This document shows positions 9,580-18,992 of a DNA stretch of 64,000 nucleotides, one piece after another. The translations under genes and the position numbers were made by a program. Position 1 is the stretch's first letter, and each line of letters opens with the position of its first letter. The notes under the pieces are model-generated. The model saw nothing but the letters and a program-made list of their open reading frames with translations. It ran no database searches and was not told the origin of the DNA. Origin of the DNA: Phycisphaerae bacterium (GTDB lineage: Bacteria > Planctomycetota > Phycisphaerae > UBA1845 > Fen-1342); the NCBI GenBank assembly GCA_963675745.2, contig CAXXWX010000027.1, forward strand, positions 32,001 to 96,000. The letters are read 5' to 3'.

Positions 9580-11049
9580 ATGACCACGCAGCTCAGTAAC
9601 AACCGGCGGATCCTCGTGATCGACGATAACCGCACGATCCACGACGATTACCGCAAGATTCTCGGGTCGAGCGGGGCCAAGGTCGCCGCTTTGGATGAGA
9701 CAGAGGCAAGTTTGTTTGGCGAGGACACCGACAGCGTTGGCACGCAGGGCTTTGAAATCGACTCAGCCTATCAGGGGCAGGAGGGCCTGGAGATGGTGCG
9801 CCAGGCGCTCCGCGACCAGCGGCCATATGCCGTTGCTTTTGTTGATGTCCGCATGCCTCCCGGGTGGGATGGCATCGTCACCATCGCTCACCTGTGGAAG
9901 GAAGACCCCAACCTCGAGGTCGTGGTCTGCACCGCTTACTCGGACTACACGTGGGACGAGATGATACAGACGCTCGGCGAGAGCGACCACCTGCTGATTC
10001 TAAAGAAGCCGTTCGACAACGTCGAGGTTCGCCAGCTCGCCTGTGCACTCAGTGGAAAATGGGATCTCGCCTGCCGCGTGCGCCACACGGTCGAGGCACT
10101 CGAAGACGCCGTCGCGACGCGGACGCGCGAGCTGCAAGAGCAAAAAGAGCAGCTCGAAAGGACGCACACCCAGTTGTTGCAGGCACAAAAACTGGAGTCA
10201 ATCGGGCAGCTGGCCGCCGGCATTGCTCACGAGATAAACACGCCAACGCAATACGTCGGTGACAACACGCGTTTCCTGCGCGACGGCGTTGGTGATCTGC
10301 TGAAGGCGCTTGACCGTTGCGAGGAGCTTGTGAACCCGACCGGCACACCGTGTGGCTGGGAGGAACGTTCCGCCAGCTTCAAAGCGGCCCTTCAGGAGCT
10401 CGACATCGAGTTCCTGCGGGATGAAATCCCGAAAGCCATCGATCAGTCGCTCGAAGGGCTCGAACGAGTCACGCGAATCGTGCGCGCCATGAAGGACTTC
10501 TCACATCCGGGTGTGGAAGGCAAGGAGGCCATCGACCTGAACCAGGCCATAGAGAGCACGGTCACGGTAGCCCGAAACGAGTGGAAGTACGTCGCGGAGA
10601 TGGTAAAGGACTTTGATCCGGCGTTGCCACCCGTGTTCTGTCTGGCCGGCGACTTCAACCAGGTGATCCTCAACATGGTAGTCAACGCCGCCCATGCCAT
10701 CGCCGATGTGACGGGCGAGAATTCGGACAAGAGGGGAACCATCACAATCGCGACGCGGCGCGACGGTGATTGGGCCGAGATCCGTATCAGCGATACCGGT
10801 ACCGGCATCTCCGAGGAACACCGTTCGAAAGTGTTCGATCACTTCTTCACAACGAAGGAAGTGGGCAAGGGGACCGGCCAGGGCCTGGCGATCGCACATG
10901 CTGTGATCACCGAGAAGCACGCTGGCAGCATTACGCTGGAGACCGAGGTGGGCAAGGGCACGACGTTCATCATCCGCCTGCCGATAGGCGCGGAACCGGC
11001 CGAGGCACAGGAGATGCAGCAGGATGAAGAGGCGCATTCTTTTCGTTGA
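9580..11049 (+). CDS. REC-histidine kinase (NtrB-like kinase core)
   Basis: RILVIDD...VDVRMPP; QKLESIGQLAAGIAHEINTP; NMVVNA; DTGTG; FFTTKEVGKGTGQGL. Confidence 0.93.
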   Translation: MTTQLSNNRRILVIDDNRTIHDDYRKILGSSGAKVAALDETEASLFGEDTDSVGTQGFEIDSAYQGQEGLEMVRQALRDQRPYAVAFVDVRMPPGWDGIVTIAHLWKEDPNLEVVVCTAYSDYTWDEMIQTLGESDHLLILKKPFDNVEVRQLACALSGKWDLACRVRHTVEALEDAVATRTRELQEQKEQLERTHTQLLQAQKLESIGQLAAGIAHEINTPTQYVGDNTRFLRDGVGDLLKALDRCEELVNPTGTPCGWEERSASFKAALQELDIEFLRDEIPKAIDQSLEGLERVTRIVRAMKDFSHPGVEGKEAIDLNQAIESTVTVARNEWKYVAEMVKDFDPALPPVFCLAGDFNQVILNMVVNAAHAIADVTGENSDKRGTITIATRRDGDWAEIRISDTGTGISEEHRSKVFDHFFTTKEVGKGTGQGLAIAHAVITEKHAGSITLETEVGKGTTFIIRLPIGAEPAEAQEMQQDEEAHSFR

Positions 11050-12148
11050 TGACGAGCCAAACATCCTGGACGGACTGCGGCGAATGCTGCGCACGGAGCG
11101 AAGCCTCTGGGACATGAGCTTCGCCGACAGCGCCGATGTGGCGCTGGAGCAACTCGAGGCGGACAGCTTCGACGTCGTCGTGTCAGACGTTGACATGCCT
11201 GGCAAGGACGGTTTCGCGCTGCTGGCGGAGATGCGTGCAAACGCGCGGACAATGGATGTCCCGGTCATCATCCTAACCGGGAGAAACGAGGGTGATATCA
11301 AACGCCGGGCTCTTGATTCGGGGGCCACGGATCTCCTGAACAAGCCCGTCGATCCGCAAGACCTCATCGCGCGCTTGCGTAACGTGATCAAACTGAAGGT
11401 CTATCAGGATGAAATCAAAACCCAGAATGCGATTCTCGAGCGCAGAGTCGAGGAACGCACGGCCGATCTGGCCAACTCGCGAATGGACATCATCTGGCGT
11501 CTCGGCAAGGCGGCCGAGTATCGCGACGAGGAGACCGGCAACCACGTCGTGAGAGTCGGCTGCTATTGCCGAGTGATCGCCGAGACGCTGGGTGTGGAGC
11601 GCACGGTTGTGGAGACGCTGTTTCTGACCAGCCCTCTGCACGACATCGGGAAAATCGGCATACCGGACGCGATTCTCCGAAAGCGCGGCCCTTTGGACGC
11701 GGCGGAGTGGGAGGTCATGAAACGGCACTGTGCCATCGGGGCTGAGATTCTGCACGAAGACTCAAAAGTTATGAGTACGTTTCTCGCGTGGCGCGGAGCG
11801 GACATGTGCGGCCATGATGGGGCCGCCCGGGACCCGATCCTGTCCATGGCCTCATCGATTGCACTGACACATCACGAATGGTGGGACGGGAGTGGTTATC
11901 CGGCCGGTATGGCCGGCGAGGAGATTCCGTTGGAATCACGTATCGTCGCCCTGGCCGATGCTTACGACGCACTGTGCTCGAAGCGACCCTACAAGCCGGC
12001 GATCTCGGAAGACGACGCACTGGCAATCATGCACGACGAAGTCGGGCTACACTTTGATCCGACGGTGTACGCAGCATTCCTGGAGTCAGTGGACGAACTG
12101 CGCGCGATCCGGGCGGACTTGCACGACGGGGTTTCCTGCTTGGTGTGA
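11024..12148 (+). CDS. Response regulator with HD-GYP c-di-GMP phosphodiesterase domain (RpfG-like)
   Basis: REC (LFVDDE, SDVDMP, NKP), then AEYRDEETGNHVVRV, LHDIGKIGIPD, HHEWWDGSGYP, ADAYDA...RPYK. Confidence 0.95.
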   Translation: MKRRILFVDDEPNILDGLRRMLRTERSLWDMSFADSADVALEQLEADSFDVVVSDVDMPGKDGFALLAEMRANARTMDVPVIILTGRNEGDIKRRALDSGATDLLNKPVDPQDLIARLRNVIKLKVYQDEIKTQNAILERRVEERTADLANSRMDIIWRLGKAAEYRDEETGNHVVRVGCYCRVIAETLGVERTVVETLFLTSPLHDIGKIGIPDAILRKRGPLDAAEWEVMKRHCAIGAEILHEDSKVMSTFLAWRGADMCGHDGAARDPILSMASSIALTHHEWWDGSGYPAGMAGEEIPLESRIVALADAYDALCSKRPYKPAISEDDALAIMHDEVGLHFDPTVYAAFLESVDELRAIRADLHDGVSCLV

Positions 12149-12162
12149 ACTGGATGCGAAAC

Positions 12163-13377
12163 ATGAAACGAATCCTGTTTGTTGACGACGAACTTAACGT
12201 GCTCGATGGGCTGCGCAGAATGCTGCGACCAATGCGAAACGAGTGGGAGCTGGCCTTTGCCTCCGGCGGACAGGAAGCCCTGACCATGTTGGCGGAGAGC
12301 CACTTCGACGTGGTCGTCAGTGACATGCGCATGCCCGATATGGACGGAGCCCAACTTCTGTCTGAAGTCAAGCAGCGTTATCCCCAGGTCATTCGCATCG
12401 TGCTCTCCGGACACTCGGAGGAAGAGGCGATACTCAGGTCTGTCGGGCCCACACATCAGTATCTCGCCAAACCCTGTGATCCCGAGCAACTGAGAAACGT
12501 GATCGGTCGCGCCTGCGCCCTGCACGAGTTGCTCGGCGAAGATTCGCTCCGCGAGTTGGTATCGCAAATGACCACAATCCCCAGCCTGCCGGCCACCTAC
12601 ACCGAGATCGTGGCTGAGCTCCAGTCTCCAGATGCATCAATCAAGAAAATCGGCGAGATCGTCTCCAAAGATGTGGGAATGACCGCGAAGATCCTGCAGC
12701 TCGTGAACTCGGCGTTCTTCGGGCTGCGGCGCCACGTGTCCGATCCATCCCAGGCGGCGAGCTTCCTCGGGGTTGACACACTCAAGTCGCTGGTTCTCTC
12801 GGTGCACATCTTTTCACAACTTCAGGATGCCAAGATCGAGGGCTTTTGTCTCGAAACACTCTGGGACCATAGCGCCGCAACCGGCGCGCTGGCCAAACGC
12901 ATTGCAGCGTCGGCCGGTGATGACGCAGAAGGCCTACGCGACCATTCACTCATGGCGGGGCTGCTGCACGATGCCGGTAAACTCGTCATCGCCGCCAATC
13001 TGCCGGAGAAGTATGCTAGCGTACTGGCCGTTGCCGAACGTGGGCAACACGAGCTTTGGGTGGCAGAGCGCGAGATACTGAAGAACACGCACGCCGAGGT
13101 TGGCGCATACCTGCTGGGGCTCTGGGGACTCCCGGACCCAATTGTCGAGGCGGTCGCGTTTCACCACAATCCGCGCAGGTGCCTGGGTGACGGCTTCACG
13201 CCGCTAACCGCCGTGCACACGGCCAACGCTCTCGAACATGAGCTGCGCAGCGCCGGTGCGTCTCCCAGTTCCTCTCTGCTCGACATGGAGTATCTGGATC
13301 AACTTGGCCTGACTGAGCATATTCCGGCCTGGCGGGAGTTGCTCGCGGAAACAGCACAGGGAGAGACGGCCCAATGA
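12163..13377 (+). CDS. Response regulator with HDOD domain
   Basis: REC (LFVDDE, SDMRMP, AKP), then IPSLP, KILQLVNSAFFG, LWDHS, GLLHDAGK, HAEVGAYLLGLWGLP, FHH; alternative GTG start at 12145. Confidence 0.93.
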   Translation: MKRILFVDDELNVLDGLRRMLRPMRNEWELAFASGGQEALTMLAESHFDVVVSDMRMPDMDGAQLLSEVKQRYPQVIRIVLSGHSEEEAILRSVGPTHQYLAKPCDPEQLRNVIGRACALHELLGEDSLRELVSQMTTIPSLPATYTEIVAELQSPDASIKKIGEIVSKDVGMTAKILQLVNSAFFGLRRHVSDPSQAASFLGVDTLKSLVLSVHIFSQLQDAKIEGFCLETLWDHSAATGALAKRIAASAGDDAEGLRDHSLMAGLLHDAGKLVIAANLPEKYASVLAVAERGQHELWVAEREILKNTHAEVGAYLLGLWGLPDPIVEAVAFHHNPRRCLGDGFTPLTAVHTANALEHELRSAGASPSSSLLDMEYLDQLGLTEHIPAWRELLAETAQGETAQ

Positions 13378-14552
13378 GCGAGCATATTCTCTGTGTTGAT
13401 GACGACCCGCGGATCTTGCAGGCGTTCCAGCGCCAGCTCCGCAAGCAGTTTCGGATTACAACCGCGCCGAGCGGTGCAGAAGGGCTGGAGACGATTGCCT
13501 CTGACGGCCCCTTTGCGGTGGTAGTCTCCGACATGCGCATGCCGGGCATGGACGGCATTCAGTTCCTCAGCCAGGTCAAAGCACAAGCCCCCGAGAGTGT
13601 TCGCATCATGCTGACCGGCAACGCCGATCAACAGACGGCCATTGACGCCGTCAACATGGGCAGCATCTTTCGCTTCCTGACCAAGCCATGTCCGCCGGAA
13701 ACGCTGACCGGCGCGCTGCAAGACGGCATCCGACAATACCAACTCGTCACGGCGGAGCGGGAACTCCTGGGCAGCACTTTGCGCGGAAGCGTCAAGGTCC
13801 TCACTGACGTTTTGTCCCTGGCCAATCCAACCGCCTTTGGCCATGCCTCCCGCGTACGACAGGTGGTCCAGAAACTCTGCGCACAATTGAACGTCGAACA
13901 AGCCTGGCAATGTGAAATAGCCGCCATGCTCTCGCAGATAGGGTGTGTTACTGTGCCGCCGGACACACTGGCCAGAATATACCATGGAGAGTCCGTGAAA
14001 GCGGACGAATTGCAAATGTTTGAAGCGCACCCCGAAGTGGGGCGCGATCTGGTGGCAAACATACCCAGATTGGAACAAGTGGCCAAGATTATCGCCTACC
14101 AGCAGAAACGCTTCGATGGCTCGGGCAACCCCGCCGATTCCGTCGCAGGCGCCGACATTCCCCTCGGAGCCCGTATTCTCAAGGTAGCCCTGGACTACAA
14201 CACGCTCACATGGAGTGGCGACACCGACGTACGAATCCTGGCTGAGCTGCGCATGCGTTCGGGTTGGTACGATCCCGAGATCCTGGTCGCACTGGAGACA
14301 ATCGCCGGCCTCGAGGCGGCACTGGAGGTCATCGAAATCGGCGTGAAGGATCTGCGCACGCGCATGATCCTCGCCGCGGATGTGATGGCAAACGACGGGA
14401 CTCTCTTAATAGGCAAGGGTCAGGAAGTCACACCGGCGATGCATCAGAGACTGAGGAACTTCGCGAAGACCAGAGGTGTTGTTGAACCGGTTTACGTACT
14501 CACCCAAGCCAAGGTCAGTTCACGCGTGCTGCAAGATACGGCAAGTGCGTAA
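13374..14552 (+). CDS. Response regulator with degenerate HD-GYP-like domain
   Basis: REC (LCVDDD, SDMRMP, TKP); HASRV; HD replaced by SQ (LSQIGC); YQQKRFDGSGNP instead of HHExxDGxGYP. Confidence 0.88.
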   Translation: MSEHILCVDDDPRILQAFQRQLRKQFRITTAPSGAEGLETIASDGPFAVVVSDMRMPGMDGIQFLSQVKAQAPESVRIMLTGNADQQTAIDAVNMGSIFRFLTKPCPPETLTGALQDGIRQYQLVTAERELLGSTLRGSVKVLTDVLSLANPTAFGHASRVRQVVQKLCAQLNVEQAWQCEIAAMLSQIGCVTVPPDTLARIYHGESVKADELQMFEAHPEVGRDLVANIPRLEQVAKIIAYQQKRFDGSGNPADSVAGADIPLGARILKVALDYNTLTWSGDTDVRILAELRMRSGWYDPEILVALETIAGLEAALEVIEIGVKDLRTRMILAADVMANDGTLLIGKGQEVTPAMHQRLRNFAKTRGVVEPVYVLTQAKVSSRVLQDTASA

Positions 14553-14570
14553 GCGCATTGGAGATATGAC

Positions 14571-15224
14571 ATGAATCACACCGTGCTCCTGGTGGATGAC
14601 GATCCCAACATTATCGCTGGACTAACCCGTGTGCTGCGCAATGAACCGTATGAGATTGTGACGGCCAATTCCGCAATTGAGGCGGCGGAACTTGTCGAGA
14701 ACAACGAGGTGGACCTGGTCGTTTCCGACGAGGAGATGCCGGGCATGTCCGGAACGGAGTTTCTGGCGCGACTGGCGCGCGATTACCCGGATATTGTCGG
14801 AATCGTGCTGACCGGTCACCCCACGCTGCCGACGGCGCTGCGTGCCCTTAACGAAGGCCAGGTGTATCGGTACTTCACGAAACCATGCAACGAGATAGAC
14901 CTTGCAGTCACAATCCGACGGGCATTGGAACAGAAAGACCTGAAGCAGAAGAGCCATGAGCTGCTGGAGGTGACCAAGCGTCAGTCGGCGCTCATAGAAG
15001 AGGCGCGGATGCTCCGGCGACTGAGAGGCCTTTCCCCCATGGGGGCGTCGGAGGGCGGCACCGACAAGCCGCCGCCGGGCGAGCAGCGCGGGCTGCTCGA
15101 GGCAATCGACCAGGAAATACGCAGAGGCGAGGATGCTCTCAGAAACGTACAAAGCGGCCAGCACGGCGCCGACGACGTGGAGGAGACGCCCAAGCCTCGG
15201 TTGCGTTTCGCGGAGACTGACTGA
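14571..15224 (+). CDS. Response regulator receiver protein with helical C-terminal tail
   Basis: GGAG RBS; LLVDDD, SDEEMP, LTG, TKP; tail has no recognisable output domain. Confidence 0.88.
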   Translation: MNHTVLLVDDDPNIIAGLTRVLRNEPYEIVTANSAIEAAELVENNEVDLVVSDEEMPGMSGTEFLARLARDYPDIVGIVLTGHPTLPTALRALNEGQVYRYFTKPCNEIDLAVTIRRALEQKDLKQKSHELLEVTKRQSALIEEARMLRRLRGLSPMGASEGGTDKPPPGEQRGLLEAIDQEIRRGEDALRNVQSGQHGADDVEETPKPRLRFAETD

Positions 15225-15276
15225 GGGTCGGCCGCGTCACCGTCCGGTCGAGCGCGTGCGCGCGACCACACGCATG

Positions 15277-15333
15277 AAAGCGACGAAGTCGCGTCTCGCA
15301 GCGGTTTGCGGCGGGACGCGACGTCGCGCTTTT
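15277..15333. terminator. GC-rich hairpin between the signalling operon and tRNA-Tyr, possibly a bidirectional terminator
   Basis: GTCGCGTC (15288) pairs with GACGCGAC (ends 15322); flanked by AAAG and CTTTT. Confidence 0.4.
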
Positions 15334-15351
15334 GTGGTGATTTGCTCTCGA

Positions 15352-15434
15352 TGGGCGCGGCTGGATTCGAACCAGCGTAGGCAATCGCCAACGGGTTTAC
15401 AGCCCGTCCCCTTTAGCCACTCGGGCACACGCCC
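15352..15434 (-). tRNA. tRNA-Tyr (GTA)
   Basis: Reverse complement GGGCGTGTGCCCGAGTGGCTAAAGGGGACGGGCTGTAAACCCGTTGGCGATTGCCTACGCTGGTTCGAATCCAGCCGCGCCCA: 7-bp acceptor stem, CTGTAAA anticodon loop, long variable arm, GGTTCGAATCC T-arm; CCA not encoded. Confidence 0.97.
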
Positions 15435-16080
15435 AGCTTCGCCCGCAGTCCATACATGGCGACCGGGGGCAAGCGAAACGCTGAATCTACGGAGTCACAC
15501 GCCTCTTGTCCAGCGACTCAACGAACTCCTCCGTTTGGACCGGACGCGACCCCCCAGATGCGCGGCCGCGCTCGCGCCGTAACATGCCGCCAGTCAACAA
15601 CTTATGGAGGCCGCGGGCGGCACCGACCGCAGCCGTCGGTTGCTTCGCATGTTTTTCGCGAAGCCCGACTTGCTTTTGCGTGTGGGACGCCTAGTATCCC
15701 TCAGATGGAACACAAAGCCTCACACGCAGTTCGTGAGGCTCGACTCTATGGGCGGCTTGCTCGGCTGCGGCGTTTCCCCCCGGCGCCCACCGACTTCCGC
15801 CCACTTTTTTTTGCGCTGCCACCGGGATGCCCGGTACATCCACGCCGTATTAGGCCAGCCCCGGTCCACCGTGTTCAAGGTCGGTGGCCGGCAATCAACA
15901 GTCAATCTGGGGCACTCGTCGCGGACCGGTGATGCGCCATTGACGACGTCCTGTTTCGCGTGCCATGCTCGCTCTCGTCCCCAACTGCCACTACGGCGAC
16001 GTGCTCGGGTTCCTGCGCCGCAGACCTTGGACTACAATCCCTCACACGTTTACAACACGACACGCACAGGAGCCGTCGCC

Positions 16081-16533
16081 TTGGAACAGACATTGATAAT
16101 CTTCAAGCCGGATGCCGTGAATCGGCTGCTCGTTGGACGGATCCTCGCGCGATTCGAGGACAAGGGCCTGCGGATCGCGGCGATGAAGCTCCAGCAATCG
16201 CCGCGTAAACAGGTCGAAACGCACTACGAAGTCCACAGGGAGCGGCCGTTTTACGGATCGCTGGTGGGCTTCATGACCAGCGGCCCGGTGATAGTTGCGG
16301 TTCTCGAAGGCCCCAACGCGATCAATGTCGTGCGCAACCTGCTGGGCCCGACCAACGGTCAGGATGCGCCACCCGGGACGATTCGCGGCGACTTCGGGCT
16401 CGACCAGCAGTTGAATCTGGTACACGCAAGTGACGGCCCCGACACGGCGAAAGCCGAGATTGAGCTGTTTTTCAAGCCGACCGAAATCGTGAGCTACACG
16501 CGGGCAGCCGATCCGTGGATCGCGCGGTCTTAG
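16081..16533 (+). CDS. ndk: Nucleoside diphosphate kinase
   Basis: AGGAG before TTG; EQTLIIFKPDAV, HYEVHRERPFY, PGTIRGDF, catalytic NLVHASD. Confidence 0.96.
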   Translation: MEQTLIIFKPDAVNRLLVGRILARFEDKGLRIAAMKLQQSPRKQVETHYEVHRERPFYGSLVGFMTSGPVIVAVLEGPNAINVVRNLLGPTNGQDAPPGTIRGDFGLDQQLNLVHASDGPDTAKAEIELFFKPTEIVSYTRAADPWIARS

Positions 16534-16592
16534 GACAGCGCTGCGCGGGCTCGTCCGCCGGCGCGCCGGACACATGTAGATGAGGACACGTC

Positions 16593-17333
16593 ATGGATAA
16601 GCTCTCACGCAGAGAAATACTGGGCTCGGCCGCAATCGCGGGCGGGATGATGATTCTGGGCGGCGAATCACAGACAGCGGCCGCCGCGCAGGCGACGGGC
16701 AACACGCCGGCCGATGGGCCGTATCAACTACCCGACCTGCCCTACCACTACGCCGACCTGGAACCCTACATCGACGCGCAGACCGTCGAGCTGCATCACA
16801 ACGTCCACCACGCCGGCTATGTCCGCAAAGCCAACGAGCATCTCGCTCGATTGCAGGATATCCGCGCACAAGGCGGAGCGCTGATCAAGGACGTCGGCGC
16901 GACCACCCAGGCACTCGCGTTCGCGCTTTGCGGGCACCTGCTTCACACCGTTCTCTGGAACAACATGAAGAAAGATGGCGGTGGCGAACCCGGTGCAGAC
17001 ACTGACATCGGCGGTCTGATCAGACGCGACTTCGGTTCGTTCGCCGCGGCGTCCGCCCAGTTTCAGGCCGCGACCGCCCAGGTGCAGGGCAGCGGATGGG
17101 GCATCCTGGCGTACGAGCCGCTGGCCGACCGGCTGCTTGTGCTCCAGATCGAGAAACACCAGAACAATGCCGTGTGGGCCGTTCCGCTGCTGGCTTGCGA
17201 TGTGTGGGAGCACGCGTACTATTTGCGTTACCAAAACCGTCGCACGGACTACATCAAGGCGTTCATGAACGTTATCAACTGGGAAGACGTTGACCAGCGA
17301 CTCCGCACCGCCAGGAAACTCCGACACACGTAG
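16593..17333 (+). CDS. sod: Fe/Mn superoxide dismutase with Tat signal peptide
   Basis: SRREIL twin-arginine leader; LPDLPY, ELHHNVHH, GHLLH, QGSGW, DVWEHAYY. Confidence 0.93.
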   Translation: MDKLSRREILGSAAIAGGMMILGGESQTAAAAQATGNTPADGPYQLPDLPYHYADLEPYIDAQTVELHHNVHHAGYVRKANEHLARLQDIRAQGGALIKDVGATTQALAFALCGHLLHTVLWNNMKKDGGGEPGADTDIGGLIRRDFGSFAAASAQFQAATAQVQGSGWGILAYEPLADRLLVLQIEKHQNNAVWAVPLLACDVWEHAYYLRYQNRRTDYIKAFMNVINWEDVDQRLRTARKLRHT

Positions 17334-17349
17334 CGCCAGCGGCACTGAT

Positions 17350-18990
17350 TTGCCGCGTGAGACCCCCCTGGCGGTACTCATACTCGGCATGACGCTGGCC
17401 ATCGCGCCACTGATCGTCCTGTCACAGTTCATCGCCCACGTCTGGATCGAGACCGGCGATGACCAGATGTTCGGCTATTACGGCTGGCGCATCTCGCAGG
17501 GCGCCGTCATCTACCTGGACATCTGGGACAACAAGCCGCCGGGCGTGTACTGGCTCAATGCGCTGGGGTTTCTGATCGGGGGCGGCGGCTACGAGGGCGT
17601 CATCGTGCTCTGCGTGGCGGCGCTGATCGTCACGCACGTCTGCTTCTTTGCCACCGCCGCGTCCCTCATGAACCGCGGAGCCGCGGCCATTGGGACCGTT
17701 CTTTTCGGCTTTTTCATTACGCACGCGCACTTCGAGGGGGGCGCCAATCGCACCGAGACATTCCTCGTCGCCTGCGAACTGCTGGCGGTGCTGCTGTACG
17801 TGCGCGGTTTTGCCCGCGACAGGTGGTGGACGTGGCTTGCGGCGGGGCTCTTCTGCGGCACGGCGTTCCTCTTCAAACAAGTGGGCCTGGCGGCCTGGGG
17901 CGCAATGGGATTGCACACCATCTTCCTGGTCTGCATGCGCCAGCTCAACCTCACCGACGGCCTGCGGCGGTGCCTGCTACTGCTGCTGGGCGTGTTGATC
18001 ATGGTCGCGGCCGCGGCCGGTCTGTTGTGGCTACAGGGCGGTACGGCGGCGATTGCAGAGGCGATCTTCGCGACATTCACCTTCAATCGCACCTACTTCG
18101 CCGCCAATCACAGCAGTTTCGCGCATTACCGCACCGCTCTGACACTTCTCAAGGTACACATATTCCCGGTCATGAAGCTGCCGCTGCTGATGGCGGCCGC
18201 GGCGGCGATTCACGCCGGCCTCAACTGGCTCCACCGGCGCGGCCAGCCCGTTGTGCCACCGACACCGAGGCGACTCGTGTGTCCGGCGTATATGCTTCTG
18301 TTCGCTCTCTGGTTCCTTATCGCGTTTTACGGCGCGATGCTCAGCCCGCAGAAATTCCGCTGGTACTTGACGCCCACACTGCCGCCGCTGCTGCTCATGG
18401 GGACGTATCTGCTGCACCAGCTCAAGGCCGAAGCCCGGATGTTGAGCCGGCTGCGCCGCCGCGCGTGGGTTGTGGCGGCGGTCGTGATCATGGGCTATTT
18501 CATCTATCCGGCGGTCGACACCCTGGTCGGCCTGGCCAGTGAGGTCTGGATTTTCCGCTACGAAAGCAAACACCCGCACGGGTGGCGCGCCCAACGCGAG
18601 TGGGAGGTGGTCGGAGACGCCGTTCTTCGAGTGTCAAAGCCTGGCGACAAGATTCAGTGCTGGGGCTGGATGCCGGGCGTGTATCTGTACACGCGACGCG
18701 AGAACGCGTGCCGATTCACCACGACGGAGAAGTGCGGTCAGGTTAGCGCGGGGGCGGACTTTGTCCTGGATGAAATCTCCGAGTCACTGCGCAACCAAGT
18801 TCCCGCGGTGCTGGTCCTGCGGCACGATGACGACGCGCGCACGCGCGGTTCGCTGTTGCCGGGAGAATCATCGCCGATCGTCGAGCAGGGACCGTTGATC
18901 GACGCGCACTACGAGCTCGTGAAGGAGATTCCCGAGTTCGGCACCGTGTACATCTATAAGCGCAAGGAAGCTGCGCCGCGGAGTGACTGA
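17350..18990 (+). CDS. GT-C fold (ArnT/PMT-like) membrane glycosyltransferase
   Basis: Multi-TM; first-loop DDQMF...YLDIWDNKPPG; ANRTET; FKQVG; start (TTG 17350) inferred from the paralog, ORF open from 17290. Confidence 0.75.
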   Translation: MPRETPLAVLILGMTLAIAPLIVLSQFIAHVWIETGDDQMFGYYGWRISQGAVIYLDIWDNKPPGVYWLNALGFLIGGGGYEGVIVLCVAALIVTHVCFFATAASLMNRGAAAIGTVLFGFFITHAHFEGGANRTETFLVACELLAVLLYVRGFARDRWWTWLAAGLFCGTAFLFKQVGLAAWGAMGLHTIFLVCMRQLNLTDGLRRCLLLLLGVLIMVAAAAGLLWLQGGTAAIAEAIFATFTFNRTYFAANHSSFAHYRTALTLLKVHIFPVMKLPLLMAAAAAIHAGLNWLHRRGQPVVPPTPRRLVCPAYMLLFALWFLIAFYGAMLSPQKFRWYLTPTLPPLLLMGTYLLHQLKAEARMLSRLRRRAWVVAAVVIMGYFIYPAVDTLVGLASEVWIFRYESKHPHGWRAQREWEVVGDAVLRVSKPGDKIQCWGWMPGVYLYTRRENACRFTTTEKCGQVSAGADFVLDEISESLRNQVPAVLVLRHDDDARTRGSLLPGESSPIVEQGPLIDAHYELVKEIPEFGTVYIYKRKEAAPRSD

Positions 18991-18992
18991 CG

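Noticed and set aside
15604..16080. 159-aa N-terminal extension of ndk in the ORF track
   Set aside because: NDK homology and an AGGAG RBS place the start at TTG 16081
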